From Gemmatimonadaceae bacterium (GTDB lineage: Bacteria; Gemmatimonadota; Gemmatimonadetes; Gemmatimonadales; Gemmatimonadaceae), in assembly GCA_033763905.1 (NCBI GenBank), contig JANRJP010000035.1:1-64000 (forward strand): DNA of 64,000 nt, written 5' to 3'. The translations under genes were made by a program, and so were the position numbers. The notes beneath the pieces are model-generated. The model was not told the DNA's origin. It worked only from the letters and a program-made list of their open reading frames with translations, and ran no database searches. Shown in pieces: positions 37,956-53,734 of this stretch; position 1 is the stretch's first letter; every line of letters begins with the position of its first letter.

Positions 37956-38809
37956 TCACCCCCGAGCAGTACCAGTTCCTGAGCGAGCTGCTTCGCCGGC
38001 ACAGCGGCTTGTCCCTCGGCGCGGGCAAGGAGTATCTGATCGAGAGTCGGCTCGTGCCGGTCGCGGTGACGCTCGGCCACGCGGATCTCGCGGCGCTGTT
38101 GTCGGCGCTCCGGGCGGGGGCGTCGGCGTCGGTGGTGAAGCTGGTGTGCGACGCGATGACGACGAACGAGACCCTGTTCTTCCGGGACGGCAAGCCCTTC
38201 GCGGCGCTGGAGGCCGAGATCCTGCCAGCCGCGATCGCACGCGCTCGGGCGGCGGGACGGCCGGTGCGGTTGTGGTGTGCGGCCAGTTCCACCGGTCAGG
38301 AGCCGTACTCGATTGCGATGCTGGTGGCGCAAGCCGAGCACAAGTGGCCGGGGACTCGCGTCGAGATTCTCGCGACGGACTACTCGGCGGCGGCGCTCGC
38401 CCGCGCGAAGGCCGGCGTCTACAACCAGTTCGAAGTCCAGCGCGGGCTGCCCGTGCAGATGCTCGTCAAGCACTTCACGCAGGGGCCTGATGGCTTCCGG
38501 CTCAAAGACGACATTCGCAATCGGGTGCGCTACCAGGAGATCAATCTCCTCGATCCGTTTCCGGCGACCTGGCAGTTCGACATCATCTTCTGTCGCAACG
38601 TCCTGATCTACTTCGATGTCGCAACCAAGCGGGATGTGCTCGAGCGGATGGCGCGGTTGCTGGTGTCGGGCGGTAGCCTGTTCCTCGGCGGGACCGAGAG
38701 CACGATGGGGATCACGGACCGGGTCGTGCGCGTCCCAGGACACCCGGCGGGGGTCTTCTGCCGCCCGGAAGACGTGGCCGCGTTGACGGCGAATCGAGTA
38801 GCGGCCTAG
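37952..38809 (+). CDS. cheR: Chemotaxis methyltransferase CheR
   Basis: TTNETLFFRD, WCAASSTGQEPYS, FDIIFCRNVLIYFD, LFLGGTES. Confidence 0.96.
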   Translation: MITPEQYQFLSELLRRHSGLSLGAGKEYLIESRLVPVAVTLGHADLAALLSALRAGASASVVKLVCDAMTTNETLFFRDGKPFAALEAEILPAAIARARAAGRPVRLWCAASSTGQEPYSIAMLVAQAEHKWPGTRVEILATDYSAAALARAKAGVYNQFEVQRGLPVQMLVKHFTQGPDGFRLKDDIRNRVRYQEINLLDPFPATWQFDIIFCRNVLIYFDVATKRDVLERMARLLVSGGSLFLGGTESTMGITDRVVRVPGHPAGVFCRPEDVAALTANRVAA

Positions 38810-38812
38810 CCG

Positions 38813-39124
38813 CTACTCGAGCCACACTGCGACGTCGCGATTGGCGTCGCGTAACGCAAAGAGCTCCCCCGGATACAGCGCGTCCCCGCGCTGGAGCAGT
38901 TCGGCCATCGAGTCGATCGGGATCTCCTCTTCCCTGATCCGTCGGACCACATCGGGCGGGATGACCTCAAGGAGCCAGCGCGCGCTCCGCGCCGGGAGCG
39001 CCACCCGCACGCGCTCCTCGCCATCGCGAACGACACGCACCATCAGGTGCTGTGCGGGCGCACCGGGGTCGGACTGGCGCGGCCGGAGCAGATTGCGGAC
39101 CCAAGTGTAGGGGCAGGTCGCCAT
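38813..39124 (-). CDS. Hypothetical small protein
   Basis: 103-aa ORF filling the gap with plausible codon bias, ending VAVWLE. Confidence 0.55.
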   Translation of the reverse strand: MATCPYTWVRNLLRPRQSDPGAPAQHLMVRVVRDGEERVRVALPARSARWLLEVIPPDVVRRIREEEIPIDSMAELLQRGDALYPGELFALRDANRDVAVWLE

Positions 39125-39252
39125 GGTGGGGTGGAGAAGGGTGGACGTCGACGTGGCCTCTCTGTGGGAGTATCGGGAGTGCGCGTGACGGCGCTGCGCG
39201 CGGCGACAGTTACGAAAATCGTTGCGTCCGCCCACTATTCCGAAATCCCTTG

Positions 39253-41670
39253 ATGGAGCCAGGAGTGAACGCTGTCCGTTTCGCATCGGTCTGTGCGGTG
39301 GTCGCGACGATCATCAGCGCGAGTGCGCGCATCGGGTACGCCCAAAGCGGAGGCGAAATCGGTGTGCGCGTCGATGCCGATCGCAACAAGGTGCTGCTCG
39401 ACGTCCCGGTGGCTCGGCTTGGGGTCGAACTCCTGCACCAGAGCGTCCTTGCGACTGGCGGCGGGATGCCGGCGCTCGGTCTCGACCGCGGGCAGGTCGG
39501 GAATAGCGTGGTCATCAAGCTCGAGCGCCGCGGCAAGCGCGTGGTGATGCTGCGCGACAACTGGAATGTGCGAGCGGTCGGCGGTACCGAGGCCGAACGG
39601 CGCGCCGCGCGTGAAGCATTCCCCACCTCGGTGCTGGCGGCATTCCCGATCGAGGGTGATGCCAACGGTGTGCTGACCGTCGACGCCACCAGCTTCTTCC
39701 TCTCCGACACCTACGGCATCGCCGATGGGATCCGCCGCTCGCAGGGCGGCAACGCGCGGGTCGATGCGAACCGCAGTTGGTTCGATGCGTCCCGGACGAA
39801 AGCCTTTCCGCGCAACACCGAAATCCACGCCGTACTGACCTTCAGCGTCGACAATCCCGGCGGCGTGTTGCGGCGTAGCACGCCGGAGCCCTCGGCACCG
39901 ACGTTCGAGCTGCATCATTCGCTTGTCGCGTTGCCCTCCGCCGACGGGTTCCGCCCGCGCGCGTATGACCCACGCTCCGGGGTGTTCGGAGTCGAATTCC
40001 AGGATTTCTCCCAGGGGCTCGATCGCTGGTACTCCGGTGCCTACGCCAACCGGTGGCGACTGGTCCCCAAGGACCCGGCGGCATACCGCCGAGGCGAGCT
40101 GACCGAGCCGGTGACGCCGATCGTGTACTACCTCGATCCTGGTATTCCCGAGCCCTATCGCAAGGCCTTCCTCGAGGGGGGCAACTGGTGGAATACGGTG
40201 TTCGAAGCGGCCGGATGGAAGAACGCGTTCCAGGTGCGCGAACTGCCTGCCGGCGTGGATCCAATGGATGCGCGGTACAACCTCGTCTACTGGGTGCATC
40301 GCGCTGGGCCGGGGCCGTCGGTCGGTCCGTCGCTTGATGACCCGCGGACGGGGGAGATTCTGCGCACCGTGGTGCGGATGGACTCGTGGCGGTCGCTGGT
40401 GGATTACAACATCTACGCCGGGTTGTTGCCGGCCGCCGGTCCGTCCGGGCTGAACGTGAGTGCGGAAGCCTTCGCGATGGCGCGGCGACGGCAGCACGTG
40501 GCCCACGAAATCGGCCACACGATCGGCTTCGCGCACAACTACATCGCGCACGCGCAGGGCCGCTCGTCCGTGATGGATTATCCATTCCCGCTCATCACGG
40601 TGACGCCGAGCGGTACGCTCGACCTGTCACAGGCCTACCGGCCGTTCGCCGGCGCCTGGGACTCGGTGACGGTGAAGTACGCGTACACCTGGTACCCGGA
40701 TGCGGCGTCGGAGACGGCGGGGTTGTCCGCCCTGATGCGCGAGACGCTGGCGCGCGGGTTGCGCTTCGTCGGCGATCAGGACGCGAACGCGAACGGTTCG
40801 ATTCCAGAGGTCACCCGGTGGGTCGAGGGCAAGACGATGTTCGACGCGGTCGCGCGAACGAGCGCCGTCCGACGCGTGGCGATCGAGAAGTTCGACGAAC
40901 GAGCGATTCAGCCCGGGGAGCCGATGGCGCTCCTCAACACGCGCTTCGCGCACGTATATCTGCATCACCGCTATTCGCTCGAAGGGCTCATCAAGTACGT
41001 CGGCGGGATGGACTACCGCTACGCGATGCGCGGTGACGGTCAGCCGCCAACGACCATCGTGCCGGCGGCAGAGCAGCGGCGGGCGCTGACGATGGCGCTC
41101 GACTTCCTCGAGCCGGCTGAGCTGGCGGTGCCATCCCGCGTGCAGGCCCTCATCCCGCCGTTCCCGCCAGGCCTCGATGAGCAGTTCGAATGGATCGGCA
41201 GTGCCGGTGGCACGGCCTTCGACGAGATTTCGCTCGCGGGCGGCCTCGCGACGGAAGTCGTGGAGGGGCTGTTGCACCGCGAGCGCTTGGCGCGCGTGGC
41301 CCTCTTCCGCGCGCGGAGTGCCGAGTACCCCAGCGTCGACGACGTCGTGTCCACGGTGGTGGCGCGCACCTGGGGCGCGTCGCCATCTGCTGACGGACAC
41401 ACGCAGTCGCTCCGGCGCACGGTGCAGCGCGTGGTGCTCAACACCCTGCTCGATCGTGCGGGCGACAAGGCCGCATTGCCCGATGTGCGCGCGGTCTGCG
41501 CCCTGCAGTTGGAGCAACTGGATGCACGACTCGCCACGATGAGCGGGGGGACGCCGGCCGATCGGGCGCTTCGGGCTTCGGCACGTCGTGAGATCAAGCG
41601 GTTCTTCGAGGGCGGCGATGATCCCGCGAGCCGTTCGCGCTTCCGCGTCATTCCGCTCCCGTGGCCGTGA
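39253..41670 (+). CDS. Secreted zinc metalloprotease (metzincin; DUF5117/EcxA-like)
   Basis: Signal peptide, PIVYYLD, W...FEAAG, DPRTGEI, HEIGHTIGFAHN, Met-turn SVMDY. Confidence 0.88.
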   Translation: MEPGVNAVRFASVCAVVATIISASARIGYAQSGGEIGVRVDADRNKVLLDVPVARLGVELLHQSVLATGGGMPALGLDRGQVGNSVVIKLERRGKRVVMLRDNWNVRAVGGTEAERRAAREAFPTSVLAAFPIEGDANGVLTVDATSFFLSDTYGIADGIRRSQGGNARVDANRSWFDASRTKAFPRNTEIHAVLTFSVDNPGGVLRRSTPEPSAPTFELHHSLVALPSADGFRPRAYDPRSGVFGVEFQDFSQGLDRWYSGAYANRWRLVPKDPAAYRRGELTEPVTPIVYYLDPGIPEPYRKAFLEGGNWWNTVFEAAGWKNAFQVRELPAGVDPMDARYNLVYWVHRAGPGPSVGPSLDDPRTGEILRTVVRMDSWRSLVDYNIYAGLLPAAGPSGLNVSAEAFAMARRRQHVAHEIGHTIGFAHNYIAHAQGRSSVMDYPFPLITVTPSGTLDLSQAYRPFAGAWDSVTVKYAYTWYPDAASETAGLSALMRETLARGLRFVGDQDANANGSIPEVTRWVEGKTMFDAVARTSAVRRVAIEKFDERAIQPGEPMALLNTRFAHVYLHHRYSLEGLIKYVGGMDYRYAMRGDGQPPTTIVPAAEQRRALTMALDFLEPAELAVPSRVQALIPPFPPGLDEQFEWIGSAGGTAFDEISLAGGLATEVVEGLLHRERLARVALFRARSAEYPSVDDVVSTVVARTWGASPSADGHTQSLRRTVQRVVLNTLLDRAGDKAALPDVRAVCALQLEQLDARLATMSGGTPADRALRASARREIKRFFEGGDDPASRSRFRVIPLPWP

Positions 41671-42833
41671 TTCGCACGCTGGAGGGAATGCCGCCCTACA
41701 TCTTCTCGGTGCTCGACGAGCGCCGCGCGGCGGCGCGCGCGGCGGGTCGGCGGCTGATCGATCTAGGCATCGGCAGTCCCGACCAGCAGATCCCCTCGTT
41801 GGTGCTCGACGCCATCCGTGAGCACGCCTCGCGACGAGAGTTGAGCGGCTACCCGCACTTTGCGGCGCACCCCGAGTTCGCGGCGGCGGTCGTGCCGTAC
41901 CTCGCCCGCCGTTTCGGCGTCTCGATCGACCCGTCGCGCGAACTGCTGGCGCTGGCGGGATCGAAGGAAGGCATTGCCGAAGTCGTGCTCGCACACTGCA
42001 ATCCCGGTGATGTCGTGCTCGTGCCAGCGGTGCACTACCCGGTGTATGCACGCGCCACCTTGATGGCCGGCGCGGTGCCCGTCTACGTGCCCTTCGACGC
42101 GCAGGGGCGCTTGGATCTGGCCGCCATCGCGCCCGCCGATCTCGCGCGCGCGAAGTTGCTGATTGCGAACTACCCGAGCAATCCGACGACGGCCACGCTG
42201 TCGCTCGAGGATTGGCGGACGCTGGTGGACTTCGCGCGGCGGCACCGCGTGCTGCTGGTGAGCGACCTCGCGTACAGCGAACTGTCGTTTGACGGGACGC
42301 GTGTGCCGAGCGCTCTCGAGGTGCCGGGGGCGGCCGAAGTGACGGTCGAGTTTCACTCCTGCAGCAAGACCTTCAATATGGCCGGCCTGCGGATCGCCTT
42401 TGTGGTGGGGCAGGGCCAAGCCATCTCGGCTATCCGGGCGTATCGAGCGAACATCGGGTACGGTGTGTCGACGTTGGCGCAGCTTGCCGGGGCGGCGGCG
42501 TTTGTGCACGCCGATCAGGTCGTCCCGCCGATCGTGGACGAGTACCGGCGGCGCCGCGATGCGCTGGCGGCTGCGCTGCAGACGCACGGCTGGCCGGTGA
42601 CCCCGCCGTCCGCGACGATGTACTTCTGGCTGTCGGTCCCACCGGGATTCGACGACTGGGCGTGGGTGGACGCCTTGATGTCGGGCCCAGGCGTCGTCGT
42701 CACGCCCGGGATCGCCTTCGGCGAGGCTGGACGCGGTCGTTTCCGTGTGTCACTGGTCCAACCAGCAGCGGTGCTCGCCGACGCCGCGCGCGGGATAGTC
42801 GAGGTGGCGGCGACCGGGCTGCAGCGCGCGTGA
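41661..42833 (+). CDS. PLP-dependent aminotransferase class I/II (DapL/AlaC-like)
   Basis: DLGIGSPD, GSKEGI, NYPSNPT, DLAYSE, SCSKTFNMAGLRI, TPGIAFG...FRVSL. Confidence 0.9.
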   Translation: MAVIRTLEGMPPYIFSVLDERRAAARAAGRRLIDLGIGSPDQQIPSLVLDAIREHASRRELSGYPHFAAHPEFAAAVVPYLARRFGVSIDPSRELLALAGSKEGIAEVVLAHCNPGDVVLVPAVHYPVYARATLMAGAVPVYVPFDAQGRLDLAAIAPADLARAKLLIANYPSNPTTATLSLEDWRTLVDFARRHRVLLVSDLAYSELSFDGTRVPSALEVPGAAEVTVEFHSCSKTFNMAGLRIAFVVGQGQAISAIRAYRANIGYGVSTLAQLAGAAAFVHADQVVPPIVDEYRRRRDALAAALQTHGWPVTPPSATMYFWLSVPPGFDDWAWVDALMSGPGVVVTPGIAFGEAGRGRFRVSLVQPAAVLADAARGIVEVAATGLQRA

Positions 42834-42845
42834 GTCGGGGCGTGA

Positions 42846-43532
42846 CTACAGCGTCGCGTCGCTGTGGAGATAGGCCGCAATCTGCAGCCGGGTGTGGAGG
42901 GAAAGTTTCTCCATCACGTTGCGCACGTGGCTCTTGACCGTGTGCGTGGCGATCTGCAACCGCGCCGCGATCTCCTTGTTGCTCAGTCCCTCGCCAATCA
43001 GCAGCACCACCTGTCGTTCGCGCGGCGTCATCTGTGACGCTTCGGCCACCGCTGGACGCCCGCGGCGGATCGTTTCCCGCGCGATCTGGGAGAACAGCGA
43101 GCTCAGCATCACCGGCGGCAGCACGTTCGTTCCGTTGGCCACCGCTTCGATCGTCGCCACGAGATCGTCCACCGTCGCGTCCTTCATCACGAAGCCGCGC
43201 ACACCCGCGTTGACGAAGGAGACCAATTCCTCGTCGGCCGGCAGCACGTCCATCACGATCACGCGCGACTCGGGAATCCCGCTCCGGGCATCGTGCGCCA
43301 CCGCGAGGCTGTCGGCGTGTTCCAGCCCGATATCGAGCAGGAGCACCTGAGGCGGCTCGGGCAAGCGGTCGACGGTGCTCAAGTTGGGACCCGCCGCGAC
43401 GATGCGCAGTTCCTCTCGGCGGCTCATCAGGGCCACCATCCCTTCGCGCACGATGCGGTTGTCCTCGATGAGGGCGACCGAAATCGGCGACTGGGCGGCT
43501 GGGGATGACGGGGACGCAGCGACGTTGCGCAT
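42846..43532 (-). CDS. NarL/LuxR-family response regulator (no cognate kinase in the window)
   Basis: IEDN, LLDI, FVMKD receiver; TPRERQV..LIGEGLSNKEIA.RL.IA.HTVKSHV HTH; AGGAG RBS before ATG 43532. Confidence 0.9.
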   Translation of the reverse strand: MRNVAASPSSPAAQSPISVALIEDNRIVREGMVALMSRREELRIVAAGPNLSTVDRLPEPPQVLLLDIGLEHADSLAVAHDARSGIPESRVIVMDVLPADEELVSFVNAGVRGFVMKDATVDDLVATIEAVANGTNVLPPVMLSSLFSQIARETIRRGRPAVAEASQMTPRERQVVLLIGEGLSNKEIAARLQIATHTVKSHVRNVMEKLSLHTRLQIAAYLHSDATL

Positions 43533-43778
43533 GGCGCTCCTGATGCGAGGAACGTCTGAATCCTTCGATGGAGCATACCTCGCCCTGAAGGAGGGTGGCA
43601 TCCCTCCATCGTGGGATGGATCCCGCCCTCGGGCGTGCCTATGATTGCATCCGGAAACCCGATGAATTCAGTCGGTCGCGCCGCTCCTCGGTGCGGCTTA
43701 GCTTTCGGGTGCTCAGGGGAGCGCCCACGCTGCGGCGTCGGCGCGTCCCCTCCGTTCGACTACGCGCCCGTTGCCATC

Positions 43779-44966
<1,188 letters not shown>

Positions 44967-45020
44967 CCAGCGCGTTGGTGTGGTCCCGCGCCTCGCTGCT
45001 CACGCGGCGAGGCGCGACGT

Positions 45021-47745
<2,725 letters not shown>

Positions 47746-47748
47746 GCG

Positions 47749-47779
47749 GAGGGGGCGAGCCGATTCGGCGCGCCCCCTC
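47749..47779 (+). terminator. GC-rich hairpin after por
   Basis: GAGGGGGCG..GCCG / CGGC..CGCCCCCTC stem with a weak T tract. Confidence 0.4.
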
Positions 47780-47812
47780 GCCATTTCGTGCCCGTGTGCC
47801 CAGACTTCGCTT

Positions 47813-50567
<2,755 letters not shown>

Positions 50568-50623
50568 ACACAGGAAACGTGGGGCATCGTGCGCCCCGCG
50601 TAAAGCCCGCGCGAGCCGCGATC

Positions 50624-52792
50624 TCAGCGCGGACGGTAGCGCGTCACGGCGTGGCGATCGACATCGCGGGGGAGCCAGCGGACCGGTTTGGTTTCGCCGC
50701 GTGCAAACATCGCGGCCTGGCTGGCGAACCAGGGCGAGGTGGCGTCGGCGCTCTGCCCGTACGCCAGCACCGACCGGGCCTCCGGCTGCGCCCCGAACTC
50801 CACGCCAAGGATCCAGCCATCGCCCCCCCGAGCCACTCGGGTGAAGTCGGGTTGCGTCTCGAACTGCAGCACCCGGAAACAACCCAGCAGCCCGGTGCAG
50901 CCTTCGGCCGGCAGATCCACCGTGCCTCGGCGGATGCGGTGCACGGCACCCCAGGCGACATCCACACGGCCGTGACGGCGCGCCGTCTCGCGGACGGCCC
51001 AGACAAAGTCGCGCGCGGCGCGTGCCGGATCGGCGAGCCCGCGGGGCGTATCGTATGGCGATGTCGCCGACCACGGCGTCGCCCAGGCCGCCGCCCAGCG
51101 ATCCCGCTGCGGGCGACCACGCAACGCGCTGTCGCTCGTGAGATACCGGTCGAACCAGATCGCGAACAGCACGGCCCCGCGCGCGTCGGCACGCACCGTG
51201 CGGTCCCAACGCTCGAGCAGCGTCGCCGCCTCGGCCACCTCGGCGGGCATCGGCTGCGCCCGCACGGCCTGCAGCAGGTCGGGCACGAAGCGCTCGGCCG
51301 CCAGCATCCGCGCGCTGTGCTTGCGACGCAACATCTCGTCGAGCGTCAGCTTGCCCGGGGCATTGACCAGTGCGAGCGACAACTGGCTGCGCAGCCCCAG
51401 CACCGGACGCGAGATGTTGTCCGCCCACGGCGTCGAGTCGATCACGGCGCTCGGCGACGTGTAGTGGAAGGGGTCGTTCGCGTTCTGCAAGGTCCCGCCC
51501 GGTGGGTCGAGCAGCTGCGGCAGCGAATCGAACGGCAGCCACCGGCGCCACACATCGGCGTCGCCGAATGCGGGAATTGCCACGGTGTCGGCGCCCGCCG
51601 GATGCGGGAGGCGAGGGGGCCGGGCGTTCCACACATAGAAGATGTGGCCGTCGGCATCCGCATACGTCAGGTTCGAGGAGGCGTGCGCCTGCAGCCGCAT
51701 CGCGGCCTTCCACTCGTCGAGCGTTCGTGCCTGCATCATCCGCAGGAACTGTTCACCCTTGCGGAACTCGCCATCGGTGGTGGAGGTCGCGACGATCACG
51801 CGGCCATTCGCACGCTCGATGACCGGACCGATCGGCGACCGCCAGAGCTCGCGCGTTTCGGTGGACAGTCCCGGCCCGTTCGCCACCTCCACCGACACCG
51901 TGATGCGCTCGAGCGGCACCGCGCGTCCGTTCCAGCGGACGTGATCGGGCGTGGTGGAATCCACCGCCAGCGCGTACAGGGCTTCGTTGTCCGCGTCGTT
52001 GTTCGTCGTGGCGAAGCCCAGTCGCGCGTTGAACCCGCCGTTGAGCAGAATCGGATTGCCCACGCGGAAGTCGCCGTAGAAGTCGACCACGCCCGGTACC
52101 GTCAGATGCGCTTCGTAGTAGCCCGCCGACCAGTCGAGGTGTGGGTTGCGCAACAGCAGGGCCCGACCGCGCGCGGCACGCGACGGCGCAATGGCCCAGG
52201 CGTTGGATCCGTCGCCGGCACGCCGCGCCGAGTCCGCCCGCGCGCGCGCGAGGGCGGCCTGCCGCGATCGCCACGCGTCCGCGCTACTCGGCCAATAGGG
52301 CTCGATCCACAGCGCGGCGACATCCGGCCCCGTGAAATCGCGAGGCATCCACGTCGGGAATCCCGAGGGCCGCGCGCGCACGAAGGCGTTGACACCCTCG
52401 GCAAAGCCGCGATACAGCGCCTGCACATCGGCGTGCTGCTGCGGCCAGGTCTCGACCGCGCGTCGGTGCGCCAGCCGACGTCGGACGTCGGTCTCGATCG
52501 AGTCGGCACCGAAGTACCGCGCGAGCGTGCCCCGCGCACGCACGAGGCCGTGTGCCACACGCGGACCGTAGTCCTCCATCTGCACCCACGCCAGCGCGTA
52601 CCCTGCTGCCTCGAGATCCTGGGCGCGAATGTGCGGCACACCGTGCTCGGTGCGAATGATCTCGACGCGATCCGCGCAGGTGGGGCACTGTGCGGCCGCC
52701 GGCCGTGTCGGCCCGAGCAGCGTACCCACGAGGCACGTGATCCCAAGGGCGCGGCGAAGGTCCGTCAGGCGAGGCGAAGTCAGGATCTGCAC
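50624..52792 (-). CDS. Penicillin acylase-family Ntn-hydrolase (S45), secreted
   Basis: IIRTEHGVPHI, beta-chain start GSNAWAI, LLRNPHL.W, NLTYADADG.I. Confidence 0.9.
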   Translation of the reverse strand: MQILTSPRLTDLRRALGITCLVGTLLGPTRPAAAQCPTCADRVEIIRTEHGVPHIRAQDLEAAGYALAWVQMEDYGPRVAHGLVRARGTLARYFGADSIETDVRRRLAHRRAVETWPQQHADVQALYRGFAEGVNAFVRARPSGFPTWMPRDFTGPDVAALWIEPYWPSSADAWRSRQAALARARADSARRAGDGSNAWAIAPSRAARGRALLLRNPHLDWSAGYYEAHLTVPGVVDFYGDFRVGNPILLNGGFNARLGFATTNNDADNEALYALAVDSTTPDHVRWNGRAVPLERITVSVEVANGPGLSTETRELWRSPIGPVIERANGRVIVATSTTDGEFRKGEQFLRMMQARTLDEWKAAMRLQAHASSNLTYADADGHIFYVWNARPPRLPHPAGADTVAIPAFGDADVWRRWLPFDSLPQLLDPPGGTLQNANDPFHYTSPSAVIDSTPWADNISRPVLGLRSQLSLALVNAPGKLTLDEMLRRKHSARMLAAERFVPDLLQAVRAQPMPAEVAEAATLLERWDRTVRADARGAVLFAIWFDRYLTSDSALRGRPQRDRWAAAWATPWSATSPYDTPRGLADPARAARDFVWAVRETARRHGRVDVAWGAVHRIRRGTVDLPAEGCTGLLGCFRVLQFETQPDFTRVARGGDGWILGVEFGAQPEARSVLAYGQSADATSPWFASQAAMFARGETKPVRWLPRDVDRHAVTRYRPR

Positions 52793-52796
52793 GGGA

Positions 52797-53660
52797 TCAG
52801 CGCTCGACCGGGGTGTCGGGCTGGCTCCCCCACTCGGTCCAGCTTCCGTCGTAGACCGTGACGTCCGTGGCGCCGAGCACCGTCAGGGCGAGCGCCACGG
52901 CACACGCGGTGACGCCCGACCCGCAACTGGCAATGACCGGTCGCGTGACGTCGACCCCCGCGTGTGTGAACAGGGTCGCGAGTTCCGGCGCGGGCTTCAA
53001 CGTGTGACTCGGGGTGACCAATGATGCGTAGTGCACGTGTCGTGCACCGGGAATGTGCCCACCGCGCACGCCGGGGCGCGGCTCCGGTTCCGTCGCGTGA
53101 AAGCGCCCGGCCGATCGCGCGTCCACGATCTGGGTGACGTGGTCGTCCACCGCGGCGCGTACGTCCGCTAGCGCACGAAAGCCGACGGCGTCCTGCGCAG
53201 GCAGGTACGTGGTGGGCGCGACCGCTGACGCCTGCTGGGACAGCGGGAAGCCCAAGGCTCGCCATCGGGCCAAGCCGCCGTCGAGGACGGACACGGCCGA
53301 GTGCCCAATGCTGCGCAACATCCACCACACGCGCGGTGCCGAGAAGAACTGCCCCGAGGTGTCGTACACCACCACCGCGTGGTTGCGCGCGATGCCCAGA
53401 CGGCCGAGGGCTGGGGCCAATCGCTCGGCGCTTGGCATCGTGTGCGGATAAGGCGCCGTCGCGTCGCTCAAGGCGTCGAGATCGGCGAACACCGCACCCG
53501 CGATGTGTCCAGCCGCATACTCCGCCTTGGCATCGCGCTGCGCGCTTGGCAGGAAGTAGCTGGCATCCACGATGCGGAGCGATGGCTTCGCGAGGTGATC
53601 GCGGAGCCACTCGCAGGACACCAGTGGCATCGGCAGGGCAAGCGTCGGCGTGGCATCCAT
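52797..53660 (-). CDS. sseA: 3-mercaptopyruvate sulfurtransferase (tandem rhodanese)
   Basis: LVS.EWL, GHI.GA, APRVWW, DARS.GRF, active loop CGSGVTA, YDGSWTEW. Confidence 0.92.
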   Translation of the reverse strand: MDATPTLALPMPLVSCEWLRDHLAKPSLRIVDASYFLPSAQRDAKAEYAAGHIAGAVFADLDALSDATAPYPHTMPSAERLAPALGRLGIARNHAVVVYDTSGQFFSAPRVWWMLRSIGHSAVSVLDGGLARWRALGFPLSQQASAVAPTTYLPAQDAVGFRALADVRAAVDDHVTQIVDARSAGRFHATEPEPRPGVRGGHIPGARHVHYASLVTPSHTLKPAPELATLFTHAGVDVTRPVIASCGSGVTACAVALALTVLGATDVTVYDGSWTEWGSQPDTPVER

Positions 53661-53734
53661 AGCGGAGGAATCTCGGGTAGACCCGGTCGGCGGCAAGCCC
53701 TTGCGCCGGAAGCACACAGGTCGATGTTCACGCC

